DNA of 64,000 nucleotides from Phyllosticta citribraziliensis (Eukaryota): NCBI RefSeq assembly GCF_038025025.1, contig NW_027117341.1, positions 1,240,001 to 1,304,000 of the forward strand, read 5' to 3'. Shown piece by piece: positions 60,257 to 64,000 of this stretch (position 1 is its first letter; each line of letters starts with the position of its first letter). The notes under the pieces were generated by a model. It saw only the letters and a program-made list of their open reading frames with translations, ran no database searches and was not told where the DNA came from. The position numbers and the translations under genes were made by a program.

Positions 60257-61167
60257 GTTGGCGGCGAGGGCGGTGGCTGTGGCCTGGAGAAATGTAGCTC
60301 GCCCGATGGAGAGTCTTGGGGCCGCCTTATCGCGCTACTCATGCAGGTGCGCGGTCGGAAGTCGTATGCGATTTGCCGTTTACTGCTCCAGACGACGCGT
60401 TGCCTGTAGTGGGAGTTTGTACGCTGACGACGCAGTTTGGCGGGTGTAGGCAGGTACGTAGGGTCGTCGCGGTGGTTGGTGAGCGGCAGCAGTGTAAGCG
60501 CCGACGGGGCGGAGGTTGAGAGAATGGAGGCGAAGTGGATAGAAGGGCGTTTAGAGACAGGCAGCGATTCGGGTCGTCAGGCGGGATTGGGTTGGGGTGG
60601 TGTATATAGCTGACGTTACTTGACGCTTTGACGCCTGGGTTGTGGGGAAGCTCCTCTCCTCGACACCAACGGCGGAAATCTAGAACAACAATGTCGCGGC
60701 GCCGTACCAATTAGCGGATCATTCTGGATTGAATATAGGCGCCGTCGCATCACAGCCACAGGGGGATTGATTCGGTTGGACTGGTAGTCGCCGCGGGGGT
60801 CTTCGAATGGGCCTCGAGCCGCGCTGCCGGGCTCGTCATTCGTCACAAACGTGCAGTGCAGCTCTACACACTCGGCCCGCCAGCGCTTCCGGCCCGAACT
60901 CGATATCCGTTTCTTCATGGAGCTGAGATGCTTGTCCTGTCTATCACTACATGTACGCTGTCTACTAGCCAAGATTTACACCCAGTACAATACAGGCTGC
61001 CCGTTGGATTGAAACACCTGCAAAACGCCGTGGATATGCCTCCCAGATGCTCCTCGCGCGCATCATGCGCTTAAACGCCAGACCAAACAAGTTTCGAGTC
61101 CTATCGACCGACCCAATAGGATTACCATACGCTTTATCTTGCCATCACGCTCGTCGGTGCTCGACGC

Positions 61168-62751
61168 CTATTTCGACTCGCCATCCTGGTCGTCCTTTTT
61201 GTGCTGGCCCGTCAGGTTGTGCCATGCGTTCTTGAGAAAGCCCTCGTTCTTGTGCTGGTTCTTCTCCACCTCGTCGCGCTTCTCCTTGGTCTCCTTGCTC
61301 ATCTCACCGACGTTCATGATGCGCTTGGCATTCTTGTCGCCCATTTCGTCCGCCAGCATTTCGAGAATGGTCCGCTGGCTGGTGTTGAGGTACTTGGGCA
61401 TGTTCACCTTGAACTCAACCTTGAGATCACCCTTGAGACCCCGTCTGCTGTTCAGCTTCTTCATGCCCAAACCTCCCAGTGTGATCTTGTCTCCGGTGCC
61501 AGTTCCCGTGGGCACCTTGACCTTGACCTCACCGTCCAGCGTCGGGATTTGGATTTCTCCTCCAAGCGTCGCAGTCGTGAGCGGTATCGTTGCCGTGTAC
61601 AGAATGTCCGAGCCCTGTCGAGCAAACTTGGGGTCGGGAGTGACCCGGATGAATACGTAGAGGTCGCCGTTTTGCGTGCGGAAGTTGGAAGTCGATGCTC
61701 CACCGACTGGCGCGTCTCCTTCTCCCGACACCCGCAGCCTCATGCCATCTTCCACGCCACCAGGAATGTCAATCGTGACTGTCCGCTTCTCCCTCACCGC
61801 ACCGTCACCGTGACAGCTTCCGCATTCGGATCCTCTTGGCACAGATGTGCCCGCGCCACCGCACACGTCGCAAGTCGCGACCATCTGGATAGGACCCATG
61901 CTGGTGGCCCGCTGTCCAGTTCCTCCACACGCTCCACAAGACTTCTTTTGCGTCCCCTTCTTCAGTCCGCTTCCCGAACAAGTCTTGCATTTGACAAGCG
62001 GGGTGATGAAAATCTCCTTGGTCGTGCCCTTGGCCGCATCCATGAAGCTGATGTTTGTCTGGACCTCGATGTTGTCGCCGACCAAAATTTCCTCTTGGAA
62101 GGGATTCCTTGATCTCCTTCCACCCCTAGAGCTGCGGCCTCCCGTAAAGGCGCTGAACAGGTCTTCAAAGTTGATGTCTTGTCCAAACGGCCCACCAGGA
62201 CCCGCGCCGCCGCCGAAGCCTCCAAATCCGCCTCCGAAGGGATTGCCACCGCCTGCACCGCTGGCGCCTGGGTCGAAACCACCTTGGCCAAATGCGGCGG
62301 CACCGTAGGTATCATATGTCTTGCGCTTCTCGGCATCCGACAGCAGTTCGTATGCGGATTGGGCTTCAGCGAACTTGTCCTTGGCCCCAGGGTCCTTGTT
62401 CGTGTCGGGATGGTACTTCTTTGCGAGACCGTAGTATGCCTTTTTGATTTCGCCCGCTGATGCGTTGCGGTCGACACCGAGAGTCGAATAAGGGTCTTTC
62501 ATCGCAAGCGCCGAGGATGCGTGGAACAACTATTTCGTCTGGTCAGCCAAGCCCACAGGAATCGAAATGCGATGACTTACTCTTCGCTGTGCAAAGCCAT
62601 GCGGCTTGCTGGCGCATTGAGTCGTCGGTCGAGTCCATGCTGGGGTTGCAGCAGTAGACAGCCGCCGAGGTTGAGGTGTTGATGTCGAAGCTCTGCTGCG
62701 CAGCGGCAGCGCGTGCTTGAGGACGGTTGCCCGGGGGGCTGCGATGTTCAT
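61168..62751 (-). CDS. MDJ1: Mitochondrial DnaJ (type I Hsp40) Mdj1, 1 intron
   Basis: Arg/Ser-rich presequence exon ([12 protein letters not shown]), J-domain with HPD, G/F region, four CxxCxGxG zinc repeats. Confidence 0.95.
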
Positions 62752-63462
62752 TGTCGATTGATTTTGTGTAATAAGCGGCGTATGCGCGTCAGGAATCAAC
62801 AATGTGGATGGCGATGGTGGAAGAAGTAGAGGCGCGTCGTAAAATCTGTGCCAAGAGCCTAATAGATTCTTCTCGATTCGCCGACGCTTCAGAGCGATGA
62901 CATAGGCCGCGCCGCCCCAAGGTCCCGGCAGTGATCAGCGCGACCACCCATCTGGTGATTTACAAAACCCAATGTCGCCATGTCATTTGTACTATGCAAC
63001 CGTCTTGACACTTTCTACAGCCTTCCGAACCAAAAGAGCATCCCATGGCGCCAAACTCCACGTTGTCATGCGAACCTGGCCGCGCTGCACCTCCGCCCCC
63101 ACCGAAAAAAAGCCCGCCATGCCAAAGCTCAGCACGCGTCGCGTCTCCGCAAATCCTCAGCAGTTCCACGTCCCACGATATGTCCGACCTGCTAGTCCCA
63201 TCATACAAGTATCAACTGTGTGTCCTGGTTGGGAAGTGCAAAAGGGTATGAACTTGGGCCGTCGCCCCAAAATAATTTTGCCTTCCCAGCCACTGTGCCC
63301 CCATTGTGAAGGCCGAGGGTATCCTCATCCGAAACGCCAGTATACCAAATGTCCAGTATCCATATCTACGCCGTTATTGCAATGGGTTGTCGATGCCAAC
63401 TGGCAGTCGTAAAAAGCGACTCTCGCTGTCTTGTTGCAAGCTTTTTTCGAGGGCTGGAACGA

Positions 63463-64000
63463 TCACCGAGCTCGCGGCGGCGCGAAGCGCAGGCGGAATG
63501 CCTTGTCTGAAAGAAGTACTGATGTCAGAATTGACCAAGATTGTAACCAAGCACCTCGTCCGATACCTCGGCAAAAGCTTACCTTGCATTTTGACCTTGT
63601 AAAGGAGGTCGACAATTACTTCAGACTCGCTCACGGCGAGAGCATTGAAGTTTTTGCGCACAGCCGTTGCCAGCTGCTCCTTGGATATTCTCCTCTCGTT
63701 CTTTTTCCGCGCCATTGTCGGGGAGTATTTGCCGATGCCTCGCCCGAGGATTGCGGGGGCCAAGGGGTTCTTGAACGCGCCGGGAGCGTCGAGGCGGTGC
63801 GAGGAGCGGTAGTTCATGAGCAACGAAAGATCTTCGGAGGGCCAGGACATCTGCGGGAACAAGACGCGAAAGTGTGAGCAGGTAGGACACGCGTGTAGGG
63901 TCAAGGCAGTCGGTGACTTACTCCGCCACTCGAGGCGTTCTGCGTCTGTTGTCCAGCACCCCGACCAGTGTGTCGAGCAAAGTCTGTAGAGGCAGACATG
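63463..64000 (-). CDS. SAP30: Sap30 Sin3-binding-domain protein (HDAC complex subunit), 3' part (runs off window end)
   Basis: LLMNYRSSHRL..GIGKYSPTMA..SKEQLATAVRKNFNALAVSESEVIVDLLYKVKMQ|DKAFRLRF. Confidence 0.85.

Noticed and set aside
1..64000. CRISPR arrays, rRNA, snRNA, intact transposons, telomeric repeats
   Set aside because: No repeat-spacer array, RNA-gene signature, transposase/RT ORF or TTAGGG array was seen by eye.

Overview
Gene-dense, intron-containing genomic DNA from a filamentous ascomycete. Short GT-AG introns with CTRAC branch points point to Pezizomycotina; the species cannot be determined from sequence alone. About 27 protein-coding genes are supportable. Most are conserved housekeeping genes: RRP8 (partial), RPS17, MRP51, RTR1, BBC1, AIM41, NUP170, CDC73, PRO1, ATP23, IPL1/Aurora, TIP41, BRO1, MDJ1 and SAP30 (partial). 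Two accessory regions interrupt them. (1) At 11.8-24.7 kb is a six-gene cluster with no PKS/NRPS/terpene backbone: two PhyH-like Fe/2OG dioxygenases, a CocE/NonD hydrolase, an MFS transporter, a dual C2H2+Zn2Cys6 regulator and an FAD monooxygenase. Its promoters share a CYCCRC/CCGCATYT motif that matches the regulator's own zinc-finger code. (2) At 52.2-57.1 kb is an island between TIP41 and BRO1. It holds a perfect 171-bp tandem duplication, an Arg-rich tail-anchored microprotein and a spliced secreted precursor whose KR-released 39-aa C-terminal peptide has a C-C-CC-C-C cystine-knot (knottin) framework that the ORF track misses. A long near-perfect hairpin lies at 41.6 kb. No rRNA, tRNA, CRISPR array or intact transposon was recognised. 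Exon boundaries were inferred by eye and are unverified.
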